Of a DNA stretch of 64,000 nt, positions 1 to 10,099 are shown in pieces (within the stretch, counting starts at the first letter, position 1; each line of letters opens with the position of its first letter). The stretch is from positions 328,269 through 392,268 of the forward strand of contig NW_003314357.1 of assembly GCF_000143415.4 (NCBI RefSeq), read 5' to 3'. Source of the DNA: Selaginella moellendorffii (Eukaryota > Plantae > Lycopodiophyta). Below the pieces are notes generated by a model, which was given only the letters and a program-made list of their open reading frames with translations, was not told the DNA's origin and ran no database searches. Position numbers and translations under genes: made by a program.

Positions 1-771
1 GGAGGAGTGGACGTCGTAATTTGTGGAAGCTGAGGGCTCGCGTACGCGCGGCCCTCTCCAAAACAAAAACTTTTAAGTTGAAACTTAGAAAATCAGGTGA
101 TTTAAATTACTGCCTTTTTGTAGTGGAAGGTTTTAGTGCACATAAAACAATAGGATAGTAGAATTTTCCAAATTCTACGCAGAAATAAGTTTATCATTTG
201 CTATACAGTGTTTTATGGGGTACAGTGGCCCTAATGTCTTAGCTTTAGTTCCATATTTTCTTGATTTATAGATTTTGGTTTTTATTATAGTTGTCAACTA
301 TTATATCGATGGTTTCATAGAACCTTCAAGTTCTTATAGCAGTCTCTAGGCTATGTTTATCTCGACTGAAAATATATGGGATATTTATAAATCCCACTTT
401 AAACTTTAAGAAGGAAGAATAGAGTGTTAAAGTTACAACCAACACTAGAATCATTATGGTCATTTGCCAAAATCACGAGGAATTTGATGTACACATATAT
501 TTAAGAAGTTTAAAATTCTTATTGTCAACAACACCAAACATTATGCGATTGGAAATGTTTAGAAGAATATATAATGCTATTCAAGCTTCAAAGTTTAGAA
601 AACTGGTCCATGAACGTGGCCTACCACTCTTTTCTGGATTTAAGCGTGGTCTCCCAGCTGGAATGGACCTTTTCTTCCAGCGATTTCAGCAAGGGACCAC
701 GAGAGTGTCAAGTTGCAACATTGAAACAAATCCATGATAGCATGACGCCTATGTGTCTCCGTGTGATCCGT

Positions 772-994
772 GTGAAGATTCTCTTTTGCATTGCGGTTGA
801 AATGTCTTCCGCCAGAATCGGGCCTCGTAATTGGAACCAGGAATTTGGAAGTAGAAACGTCGTCTTACGATACCGTAGAATCCAGCTATAAAAACCGCAA
901 CAAAGTCGCAGCGAGGCATCAGAATTTTCTTTGGTTTTTGGAGGGAGCAAGTTTCAAGCAAAATCCCCCTAGTTTCCTTTTGCTTGCAAGCATG
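772..994 (+). promoter_or_regulatory. Promoter/5' leader of the HMA gene (TATAAAAA at 887-894); duplicated at 1820-2016
   Basis: TATA box ~100 nt upstream of ATG 992. Colinear similarity with 1820-2016, including identical CGTAGAATCCAGCTATAAAA. Confidence 0.6.
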
Positions 995-1340
995 AAGAAG
1001 GTGACACTCTCTACTTGTTGGAGCTGTGAGGGAAACATCGACGCACTCAAGAAGATCGAAGGTATAACACTATCTTTGGATTGCATCGCTAAGTGTGGTC
1101 TTCTCAACAGGGGTTGACGAGGTGGAATGCGAGTCGTCAGGCCTGGTGGTGATTGGAAACTTTGATGTGGACGACGTGGTCAAGGCAATGGATTGCCACC
1201 ATAGTGTTCTTCGCTCCATCGAGAACGACTACGAGCCCCCAAAGAACAAGGAAGAGAAGGAGGAGGGGGGCTGTGGTTCTACTTCTAGCGTGGTATATGT
1301 GTACACCCACACCTACAATCACTGCAACGAGTCCAACTAA
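992..1340 (+). CDS. Small heavy-metal-associated (HMA) domain protein, HIPP/HPP-like; exons 992-1061, 1111-1340
   Basis: A 49-nt GT-AG intron (1062-1110) joins MKKVTLSTCWSCEGNIDALKKIEG to VDEVECESSGLVVIGNFDVDDVVKAM...EPPKNKEEKEE. CxxC motif, GV(D/E) and VIG-D-xxVV pattern of plant HMA proteins; no C-terminal CaaX. Confidence 0.7.
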
Positions 1341-1819
1341 AGCTGTTCTAAGCAAAAATTTCAAGAGTTTCGTGAGGGATTGGATTGGATTTTCAAGAGC
1401 AGGTGTGAATAAGTAATAAGATCTACACTGCTTCCCGCGTCATTTGCTATTGACTTATAGTCGCAAATCCGGGTACTACCGTAGATTCCCAGAATGTATG
1501 TAACATGACAAGGTGGAACGAACCAACAGAGAGGACAAGAAAAGCAAGGGGAGCCAAGCGCAAGAACAACTTTTTGTTTCGACGCCGAACTGTTTTTGAT
1601 CTCGAGGAAGATTCAAAGTTTCGCGAAAAAAAGAGGACAGATGACATTTTAAAGTCAACGCAGCGCTCATTTGGGCTTGGGACGGGGTCTGGAGAGCCAT
1701 GCAAATGCTTATGCATCTAAGATCCTAAGAGAGCACAACAAGATCTGGTTGTGCAAGTCCATTTCATAAGAAATACCAAGAGGTGACGCGGATTCTCCAA
1801 GTCTTGAATGTTTAGACGA

Positions 1820-2016
1820 GTGAAATCTTCTTTTGCATTGCCAAAGCCCGGTGAAGTGGTCTTCCCCCAGAAAACGGGCCTCACGTTTTGATGTAGCGAG
1901 GAATTTGGTAGTGGACGCGTCCTTCTACGATGGCTTAACGTAGAATCCAGCTATAAAATCAGTTCGAAGCCGAGCAAGCAAGAGCAGCTCGAGCAAGTTC
2001 TTTTCTTGCAAGCAAG
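1820..2016 (+). repeat. Diverged duplicate of the HMA promoter/leader, start codon lost
   Basis: Shares TCTTTTGCATTGC, GGGCCTC, AGGAATTTGG and CGTAGAATCCAGCTATAAAA. Ends CTTGCAAGC-AAG where copy 1 has CTTGCAAGC-ATG. Confidence 0.75.
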
Positions 2017-2033
2017 AGGATCTAGGTAGTTTG

Positions 2034-2533
2034 TCACGACTGCTGGTCACCATCGAGCGTCACGGGCAACGGCACTGCCTCTTTCTCCACTCCATCTCTT
2101 CCAAACAAGACCACCGAGAAGCACATAAAGCTGCTAGCGGCCAGCGTGAAGACGATGGAGTCACCTGGATTGAGCTGGTTGTAGACCGAAAAGGCGTGCC
2201 ATCCTGCTGCGCCCAGCCGGATTGTCTGGCTCTTTGCTTCCGCCTCGTATTCTATCTCCCACTTCACACCGCTTCGTGTCTCGAGGATCGCTTTGCCTCG
2301 ACTGCTAGCGGCGGTGCTCAGGTAGTTCTCGGGAACTGGCTGCCACGGACCAGACAAGATTCAAGAACAAGAAGAGAACAAAACAGTGAGAAAAAAAAAA
2401 TTAAACTTTTCCTGTCGAAGCTTACCAAGATCAAGCAGCAGCTCTCGGACAGGAGCTCGCTTCGCATCACCACGCAGAAGCTGTGCTCTCCCACTGTTCT
2501 CAAAGCTTTCCTTTGCCTCGCGCGCTTCTTCAT
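2034..2533 (-). CDS. Single B3-domain protein (REM-like); exons 2533-2426, 2339-2034
   Basis: HSFCVVMRSELL..LIL / PVPENYL..ILETRSGVKWEI..RLGAAGWHAFSVYNQLNPGDSIVFTL matches the B3 pattern (GW..F...N.L..GD..VF). Phase-0 GT-AG intron 2425-2340. Confidence 0.75.
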
Positions 2534-2714
2534 CTCTGGCCCAGGTAGTTCTGCTGTAACAGAAAAAGAGGAAAAAGAAAAAAGAAAACAGATTCTTGAG
2601 AGATTAAAAAGCCCGAAATACAAAAGAAAAACATTACAACCAAAGAGCTGCAAGACAAAAGAAAATCAGTGTTAAGTTAAAATCACCAGCAGAGAGGAAA
2701 TGAAGGAAAATCTT

Positions 2715-3865
2715 CTAGACCAGTGCAATGGTGCTTTCACCACCCGGTGGCTTCCTCACACCACCAAGGCAGTCTCGCGGCACCGGCTTGTCATCAGCAA
2801 ATATATCGTTACCACTCATCTCCCGAAGCTTTGCGCTGCTCAGGTGCTTCGAGTCGGATGGAGTCTTTAGAGGATCATTTTTAAAAATGTCGTTGCCACA
2901 AAGCTCGGCAGTTTTCTGTGTTAGTGACCGCTTCCTTTCCCCGGGAGACTGCAATTAACAAAGTGTTAGAAAAGCATCAGAAGTTCCAGATGAACTTTAC
3001 CATGAGGCCGGGAGCATCATCTACAGGAATTGTTGGTTCCTTGATCTTTTTAACTGGGGTGCTACCATTCTGTGGTAGCTTGTCTTCTGGAGCAAAAATG
3101 TTGCTACCGACAAGCTCCTTCACCTTGGCATTGGACTGGAGACGCTTGTGCTGTGCGTCATCGTCGGGAATGGCTTGACTTCCGCTTAATTCTTTCTGCT
3201 TTGCAAGCTCTGCTTGGGTGGTGGCTTTTCTAGGGGACGTATTATCGTTGTCACCGAAAGTAATCGCCTGGAAGATCCAATTTTTCCTTTCCGCTTAGCA
3301 AATTCACGCAAACGAACCAAAATCACCTGAAAGAGTTTCACTCCAGTGCGTTCTGGGGCGGCGGGAACAGCACCAGGCTCGTCGCAGAAAATCTTGTTTC
3401 CTGACATTTCTTTCATCTTTGATTCTGATCCGGGGCGCCTAAAAGAGACAGAGAGTGGTACGATGGAGATCAAACAACAAAAAAAAAAGAAAGAAAAAGA
3501 AAAAGAAATGAGCACCCACCGCTTAAGCAGCGCCTCGGCCTCCTCAGAGGACAGTTGCTCTCCAAACGCGTAAGTACAAGCACCGCCCGCGGGCTAAGAG
3601 GCGCAAGCTTAGAAACAAAGCAAGAAAGAGGGGAAAAAACTGTGAGCGAGGGTTTGGTGATCCCGACCTGGTGAGTCCGGATTCCGGGGCGGCCTGCCGA
3701 GGAATACTCTCGGTAGCTCTCGTCCGACGCCGACGCGAAGCCTTTGCTGTCGTTGGTCGCCGAGACGCGCACTGGGGTACGAATCTGGAGCGATGCGTCG
3801 GGATTATCCGGCCAGCTCAAGAGATCGAGATTCCTGGAAGCCTTTCCCGGCGGTGGAGGCGACAT
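2715..3865 (-). CDS. DUF4057 family plant protein (multi-exon)
   Basis: N-terminal DLLSW, QPAGG..FGEQLSSEEAEALLKR, repeated K.KEMSGN.IF motifs and C-terminal GGVRKPPGGESTIALV*; several short GT-AG introns. Confidence 0.85.
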
Positions 3866-4279
3866 CCTGCCACACAGGCAGCCGCATTGTTACCCACATT
3901 GCCACAACAAGCAAGAGAAGCGAGATCGCCTCGCCCTGGCGGTGGATCGAGAGAGAGAGAGCGAGAGAGGAAGGAGGGAGCTACCTTGAGGCGCCTGGAC
4001 GTGGAGTGGAAGAACCCTAGCCCTAGCCCTTGCCACAATGAAGCAACAAGAAAGCACTACTCAGCACTTCTTTGTAAGATAGGCGCGAAAAAGCGGGCAT
4101 TTGGGCAGAAATCCGGGGAGGCATTGCACGGACGGCCCAGATGAGCCAAATCCCGGCCGCCGGATGGACGGCGGATCTAACGTCACAAGAGGGAATATTT
4201 AAACAGGAGAAACTTTAAGCGATTAGGAAAAGAAAAAGCGAAAGGGAGTTTTATTCAAGGCTTGTGTCTGAGAGTGTTC

Positions 4280-4413
4280 CATGCACGAGCGTCGGATCGA
4301 GAGCTCCAGAACTGTCCACGTGTTGCAAAACTAGAATAGAAGCCCTAGAGCGCCTCTAAATTTAGCGGACAAATGCTGCTGGGAAGGAGCTCGAGATGCC
4401 AGTTCCTATATAA
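4280..4413 (+). promoter_or_regulatory. ABI3-like gene promoter: RY motif CATGCA (4280-4285), G-box/ABRE CCACGTGT (4316-4323), TATATAA (4407-4413)
   Basis: Motifs read directly; function inferred from known RY + ABRE coupling. Confidence 0.45.
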
Positions 4414-4452
4414 TTTTCTCGAAGATCTTTTGCTTCCCTTGCCTTGCCGGCT

Positions 4453-6014
4453 ATGGCGGCCGATTCCAATCCCTCCTCTCTCTCCAGCGATTACCAAAAC
4501 GGTAGCACAAGTTTCCAGCTTGCAGATGATCACGAGCGCGATCAAAATGTGCCATGGATTCTCGACCAGGCCGATCACCCGGCGCTCATGATCGACGAGG
4601 CTGAGCACGAGCCTTGGGGATCTGCGGGTGAGGATGACAAGCTAGGCAATCTAGACATGGAGCAGCAGCTGCGGATCAACCACAGCTTCATGCAAATCCA
4701 ATCGATCTTTGGAGCGGAGGGCGAAAGCGATGACCCGATCAAGATGCCGCTTTTGGGTAACTGCTGGAGCGCGGAAGATCCGTCCCCCTGGAACCATTCT
4801 GCTGCTTTTCCCGAGGATCAGCACCAGCAAGGGAACGGGTTCTACTCCCATGATCACAGTAATGTGTTCGTGAGCCTTCCTCCTCCACAGCAGCAGCTTC
4901 AGATCATTGAGTCATCGACGTTGATGGGTGGAGGGCAGATCATGGCCGTTGCGAGCTCGTCACCTTGTGCTTCGACTAGGGCTGCCAGGAAGAACTGCAT
5001 GGCTCGCAAGAGGAGGCCAATGCTCGGCACTTCAAAGCCCGGTCCTGCTTCTGTTTCTGCTGCTGCTGCTCCTGCTCCTGCTGTGGCTGCCGTTTCAGAT
5101 GCGGAAACTACACTTCCTGACGATCACACGCAGGTGCCCACATTTTCGGAACTTCTGTTTCTTTACGTTCTTGTTGATAATGTTTGCAGGGCTTGCAGAA
5201 CAAGAATCTGAAGTTTTTGCTGCAGAAGCAGCTCAAGCCCAGTGACGTTGGGAATTTGGGAAGAATTGTGCTTCCCAAGGTGGGTGACTTACTGTTTAAT
5301 AACCCTTTTTGTGATCCAGTTCTTTTATGCAGAAAGAAGCTGAGTCTCGACTTCCCTACTTGTCGGCCAGGGAAGGAATGACATTGGCGATGGAGGACAT
5401 GACCAGCAAACGAACTTGGAATCTTAGATATAGGTAAACTTGGCACTTATTAAGAGATTTGTAAGGGTTTCTCTTTGTTATTCTTGTCCAGGTTTTGGCC
5501 AAACAACAAGAGCAGAATGTATCTATTGGAGAACACAGGGGAGTTTATCCGATCGCACAAACTTTGCGAGGGGGATTACTTGCTACTGTACAAAGACTCA
5601 CGAAATGGGAAATATGTAAGTAGTCATTTTTCAATGCCTGGATGTTTACCTTTGTGTGTTTGTGTTTCAAAGGTAATATATGGTAAGAAAGATGTAAGCG
5701 GCAGTAATGAGAAACGCCAAGCTCCAAAGCAACAAGAAGGCTGCATGGTGAAACGATCAAGATCGTTTGATTGCGAGAGGAGGAAACCAGCTGCACCCAC
5801 GCTAACATCGTCATCTTCATCGTCGTCCATACTAACAACAGCCGGGGTGATCGATACTGGGCTTAACTTCACTGACATTAAACAGGGACTTGACAAAGAT
5901 CAAGAGTCATTCGGATCGAGCAATGTGGTGTTTGATATCGATCAATTCCCATTGCTCGAGGCGAATGATCTTGCCATCGATGAAATTTTGGATCTTGTAG
6001 ACTTACCAAGTTGA
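4453..6014 (+). CDS. ABI3: ABI3/VP1-like LAV-family B3 transcription factor (multi-exon)
   Basis: B2-like [16 protein letters not shown]3 [22 protein letters not shown] / KEAE..LP.L / [34 protein letters not shown], with ABI3-type intron positions. Confidence 0.88.
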
Positions 6015-6100
6015 AGTATCTGTTTGAAATAAAAGTAATAATAGAAGTTATAAGGTGATATTGAAATTAGGGTTCCACGGTTCTTTGGTTTTGAGACAGG

Positions 6101-6352
6101 ATGAATCCCAGCTTGGCGGAACAGATCCTACAGTACGCGCTGGTGGCAGCAGCGCTTCTGGCGATGGCGTCTGGGCTGCTCACTGCCTCCTTGAAGACGA
6201 TGGTGCTCGTCTATGGCGGATCGGTGTTCGTTGTCTTGCTCGTCTTGATCCCGGATTGGGCATTCTTCTGCCGGCATCCTCGGCACTGGGTGCTTCCCAC
6301 GCCCAACTCCCCAGATCCCAGCCAGGACTCCCACAAGATCCGGCGTGATTGA
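6101..6352 (+). CDS. SPCS1: Microsomal signal peptidase complex 12 kDa subunit (SPC12/SPCS1)
   Basis: LAEQILQ..two hydrophobic segments..VYGG..IPDWAFFCRHPRHW is the SPC12 signature. Telo-box-like TTAGGGTT upstream. Confidence 0.85.
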   Translation: MNPSLAEQILQYALVAAALLAMASGLLTASLKTMVLVYGGSVFVVLLVLIPDWAFFCRHPRHWVLPTPNSPDPSQDSHKIRRD

Positions 6353-6565
6353 TCGTGCTCTGGGGTTTCTTCCTCGCGTAGGTTCTTGTTTGTGTAATCT
6401 CGGCTTTTGCTGACCATTCTTGATTGAACTGATGTTCTTCCGTACAGAGAGTACTGTGTGAATCGGGATTTTCTCGATCGTTACCTTGAGTGGAATCGAA
6501 ATGCAAGCACGATTTCTTTCCCCCAATTGCGTGATCTGGTAGAAACTTGTGCGCGTGGCTTTTGG

Positions 6566-8059
6566 ATGATCTTGGCGCTCTCCAGTCCGATCCCATCGTT
6601 CCAGCAGCTGTGCTCTCGCGTCCGCAATTGCAGAGATGTCTCGCAGGGAAGAGAGCTCCACGCGCTTGTTCTTGGCAGCCCATACAGGGACGATACATTT
6701 CTCTCCAATCTCCTCATCCAGATGTACGGGAGCTTCGGCAAGCTTGGGGACGCGCGCGCGATCTTCGATTCCACCCACGCCCGCGATTCACACACTTGGA
6801 ATCTCATGGTCACGGCGTACGCACGGATTGGACGCCTCGAGGAGGCGCGGCTGCTCCTCGATTCGATGCCCTACTGGAATCCAGTGGCCTGGAATGCCAT
6901 GATAACAGCATATGCCCGAAATGGGCATTATGATTCTGCTATGATTCTCTTCCAAACCATGCCCGCGCGAACGGTGGTGACGTGGAACGCGATGATGCAA
7001 GCGCTAGTGGAAGCAGCAAGATACTCCGATGCCGAGTCCTTGTGGCGGAATATACCCGAGCTTACCGTGGTGACGTGGACGACTATGCTTGTAGCATTTG
7101 CCCGGCAAGGGCATATTGCGCGTGCCAAGGAGATCTTTGATATGATGCCCGAGAAGAATGTCACCACATGGACCGCTATGCTCAATGCCTACTGTGCTGT
7201 CGGGGATTTGGCGACCTCGGAAATAATTCTAGAATCTATGCCGGAACACAACGTTGTTTCCTGGACTTCAATGGTTGTCGGCTATGGCCACAAGGGAAAT
7301 CTCGAGAGCGCTAAAGTGGTGTTCGATCGTATGCCAGAATATTCCCTAGTGTCCTGGACGTCCATGGCACACGCGTACGCATCTAGAGGGCACATGACCG
7401 AGGCGGAGAGAATGTACGGTTTGATGCCAGAACGAAACGTTGTGACGCAAACCTCGATGCTAGCAGCATATGCCCAGAATGGGCATCCGGAAATGGCCAA
7501 GAATGTTTTTGACGCCATGGCCGAGAGAAACACCGTATCCTGGAATTGTATAATTGGAATGTACGCCGCGACCGGGCAGCTCAAGGCCGCCAAGCGACTG
7601 TTTGAGACGCTGCCCGAGCCAGACGTGGTGACGTGGACGACCATGATTGGCGCCTTCTCTAACACGTGGCACGGGCAGCACTACTTCTACCGCCTCAACG
7701 TCGAAGGCATCCAGCCCAGCGAGGTGACATTCACCGGCGTTTTGTCCGGGGCCACCGCCTGCCAGCTAGGACGGTCGCGCTTCGTGGACATGGTGGGCGA
7801 TTACCACGTGGCGCCATCCACGGTGCACTATGGCTCCATGGTGGACGCGCTGGGCCGGGCCGGGCAGGTGGAATATGCGGCGCGGCTGGTGGAGGAGATG
7901 CCCGTGCCGCCGGATGCCGCGGCGTGGGGGGCGGTACTGAGCGCTTGTAAAACGCAGCGCGACGTGAGCCGCGCGGCATGGGCGGCAGTCCGCGCGTTTG
8001 ATGTGGACCCGGCCAACGACACGCCTTATATGCTTCTCTCCAATGCCTGTGTTAGCTAG
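6566..8059 (+). CDS. PLS-class PPR protein with long run of short (31-aa) motifs and E domain, no DYW
   Basis: Repeated MPE.NVVSWT.M..AYA..G motifs; HYGSMVDALGRAG; E domain AWGAVLSACK..PYMLLSN; intronless. Confidence 0.92.
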   Translation: MILALSSPIPSFQQLCSRVRNCRDVSQGRELHALVLGSPYRDDTFLSNLLIQMYGSFGKLGDARAIFDSTHARDSHTWNLMVTAYARIGRLEEARLLLDSMPYWNPVAWNAMITAYARNGHYDSAMILFQTMPARTVVTWNAMMQALVEAARYSDAESLWRNIPELTVVTWTTMLVAFARQGHIARAKEIFDMMPEKNVTTWTAMLNAYCAVGDLATSEIILESMPEHNVVSWTSMVVGYGHKGNLESAKVVFDRMPEYSLVSWTSMAHAYASRGHMTEAERMYGLMPERNVVTQTSMLAAYAQNGHPEMAKNVFDAMAERNTVSWNCIIGMYAATGQLKAAKRLFETLPEPDVVTWTTMIGAFSNTWHGQHYFYRLNVEGIQPSEVTFTGVLSGATACQLGRSRFVDMVGDYHVAPSTVHYGSMVDALGRAGQVEYAARLVEEMPVPPDAAAWGAVLSACKTQRDVSRAAWAAVRAFDVDPANDTPYMLLSNACVS

Positions 8060-8131
8060 TTTACTCTTCTTCTAGAGTCAATGAAATTAGTCAACTCAGT
8101 TACTAATGAAGAAAGTCAACGGTTCTGGTCT

Positions 8132-8734
8132 CTATGAAATGGGCACAAAGATGAGGTCGCCAATCCCACAATTTGGGCGATCTTTGGGAACATGATAGAC
8201 TAAACTGGCGGATGGATCAAAAATCTTCCAAAAGGTCGAGTCAAATCCCACGAGAATGGCGCAGCCAGTGCTGGAAAAGCTTGTCACCAGTGGATGCTTT
8301 GCGAGCAATCGCATGAGCGCGTCGCCTTTCACGTCCTTCATCCTTAGGAACGAGCCCGGCCAGCCATCGAATTCCCACGACAGAGTGACGAGCTCGTGGC
8401 GATGATTGTTTGCTCGGATCGTCATCCAGCTGATGGTCGAGTTTGGATTCCTCTCTCGCAATTCGATGCAATTCGTCTTGGCCGTGACCAGCGCGCACGC
8501 CAGGAGATTGTCCAGCCACGGGATTCCATAGAGTTTCTCCTCGGTTTGTAGCTCTTGTAAACACCCACGGACGAGACCACTCCAATCGACGCCGCAAGGC
8601 AAAGAAATCTTTGATCGTGGGATCCTCACTCTCACCTCTACAATGGATCTAGAAATCTCTTCCACTCCCTCGTGACCAAACTTCGATGATTTGGAGCGCA
8701 AGCTTCGGTCTGGGCGACCACACACGGTCCCCAT
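8132..8734 (-). CDS. Hypothetical ~200-aa protein, no recognised family
   Basis: The part of ORF 8132-9295 outside the S1 gene. ATG at 8734, protein-like composition, fills the gap between the PPR and S1 genes. Confidence 0.45.
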   Translation of the reverse strand: MGTVCGRPDRSLRSKSSKFGHEGVEEISRSIVEVRVRIPRSKISLPCGVDWSGLVRGCLQELQTEEKLYGIPWLDNLLACALVTAKTNCIELRERNPNSTISWMTIRANNHRHELVTLSWEFDGWPGSFLRMKDVKGDALMRLLAKHPLVTSFSSTGCAILVGFDSTFWKIFDPSASLVYHVPKDRPNCGIGDLIFVPIS

Positions 8735-8836
8735 GCTGACCAAGGATCCCCTTTTTAGTCTGTTTGACCTACCAAAGAAGGAAGTCCTCTTAAACCCTGG
8801 GAAGAACCCTAAATTCTCCGGGCAAATGCGAGCGCG

Positions 8837-10072
8837 ATGGGCGTGCTCCTCTTCCAGCAGTGTAATGCAGGCGCTGCGGCGGCGCCCGTGAATCGGAGCA
8901 AGGATTGGCGTCCTGGCACGCTTTTCTGCGCGAGAAATCAGCGATTGATCACGGTATGCTGCTCGAATGGCGAGAAATCTGGTGTGGCGATCAAGGTAGA
9001 AGGGGATTCGACGTCTAAGAAGCGGCCGGTTTTGTCCAGGGCGCCGCCGCGATCTTTCGGCGTCAAGGATGAGGAGCTTGTCCCGGGCAAGGTTTTGACG
9101 GGCAGCGTGAAAGCGATCATGACGTTTGGCGCTTTCATCGATTTGGACGCCAGATTCGATGGGCTGCTCCACATCTCCAAGATCTCCGACCGCTTCGTTC
9201 AGAATGTGGAGGATGTTCTCACAGTCGGGCAGCAAGTCCAGGTGGAAATCGAGAGCGTGGATCTCCCAAAGCGGCGCATCCAGCTCAAGAGACATGCTCT
9301 AAAGGCTCAAGGATCAAAGGTCTCTTCGTCTGGAACAGCGCAGGTGGAAGGAACTGGAGCTCTTGCAGCAGTCCCGAAAGATCCTTCCACTGGTACTCAA
9401 GCAGCAAGGATCCGAGCTTCAACGAATGGAGCTCCAGTGGCTGGAAAAAATGGAGCAGCGGCTTCTCAAGATGATGGAACTAGCTCTTCCCGGATCGCAG
9501 GAACTTCGACAAAGCAACCTGGAACGAGATTCCAATCACGTAGCAGTGGCAGCACGACGCGTGAAGAGATCTCAAAAGAACCAAGCTCTTCTCCCGCGCC
9601 AAGGCTCTCTTCGAGGATTCCTCCACCAAAGACGAGCTACCAGAAGGGTCAGGTGGTGAGTGGAGTTGTGAAGAACTACACGAGGCGAGGGTGTTTCGTC
9701 CAGCTCCCAGGAAACCAAGAGGGATTCTTGCATGCCAATGAGATCGAGTCAAGTAGAGAACAGGAGCCCACTCCAGTCGAGAACTTGGTGAAAGTTGGGC
9801 AAGAGCTCAAAGTGAAGGTTCTTCGGATAATCGATGGGCGGATCAACTTGACGATGAAAGAGGAAGTGGATCTGAAGAAGATCAAGGAGGAGCTCAATGA
9901 GAATGTGTTCGCTACCAATCCGTTTGAGCTTGCTTTCAGGAAGAACCCGGTGATCAGGGGGTACCTCAAAGAAACTGGGAGGCTCCAGGGTTCAGAGCAT
10001 GGAAACGAAGAACGAACAACAAGGGATGTTGAAGAAAATTCGAGTGAGGAAAGCTCTTCTAGACAAAGATAG
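8837..10072 (+). CDS. Two-S1-domain RNA-binding protein, PSRP-7-like (N-terminal half of the plastid EF-Ts polyprotein), predicted transit peptide
   Basis: S1 motifs GKVLTGSVKAIMTFGAFIDL..DGLLHIS and GQVVSGVVKNYTRRGCFVQL..EGFLH, followed by TNPFELAFRKN as in the PETs linker; intronless. Confidence 0.82.
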   Translation: MGVLLFQQCNAGAAAAPVNRSKDWRPGTLFCARNQRLITVCCSNGEKSGVAIKVEGDSTSKKRPVLSRAPPRSFGVKDEELVPGKVLTGSVKAIMTFGAFIDLDARFDGLLHISKISDRFVQNVEDVLTVGQQVQVEIESVDLPKRRIQLKRHALKAQGSKVSSSGTAQVEGTGALAAVPKDPSTGTQAARIRASTNGAPVAGKNGAAASQDDGTSSSRIAGTSTKQPGTRFQSRSSGSTTREEISKEPSSSPAPRLSSRIPPPKTSYQKGQVVSGVVKNYTRRGCFVQLPGNQEGFLHANEIESSREQEPTPVENLVKVGQELKVKVLRIIDGRINLTMKEEVDLKKIKEELNENVFATNPFELAFRKNPVIRGYLKETGRLQGSEHGNEERTTRDVEENSSEESSSRQR

Positions 10073-10099
10073 AGTTGGATTACTTGCTTGACAATGGAT

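Noticed and set aside
32-56. GC-rich hairpin GAGGGC...GCCCTC
   Set aside because: Could be a transposon end, but no CTRR or partner terminus is visible at the window edge.
456-891. Short overlapping ORFs
   Set aside because: No recognisable domain or convincing exon structure.
2031-2675. 214-aa + strand ORF
   Set aside because: Non-ATG start; antisense shadow of the B3 gene and its introns.
8735-9295. N-terminal extension of the 387-aa minus ORF
   Set aside because: Antisense shadow of the S1 domain coding sequence.
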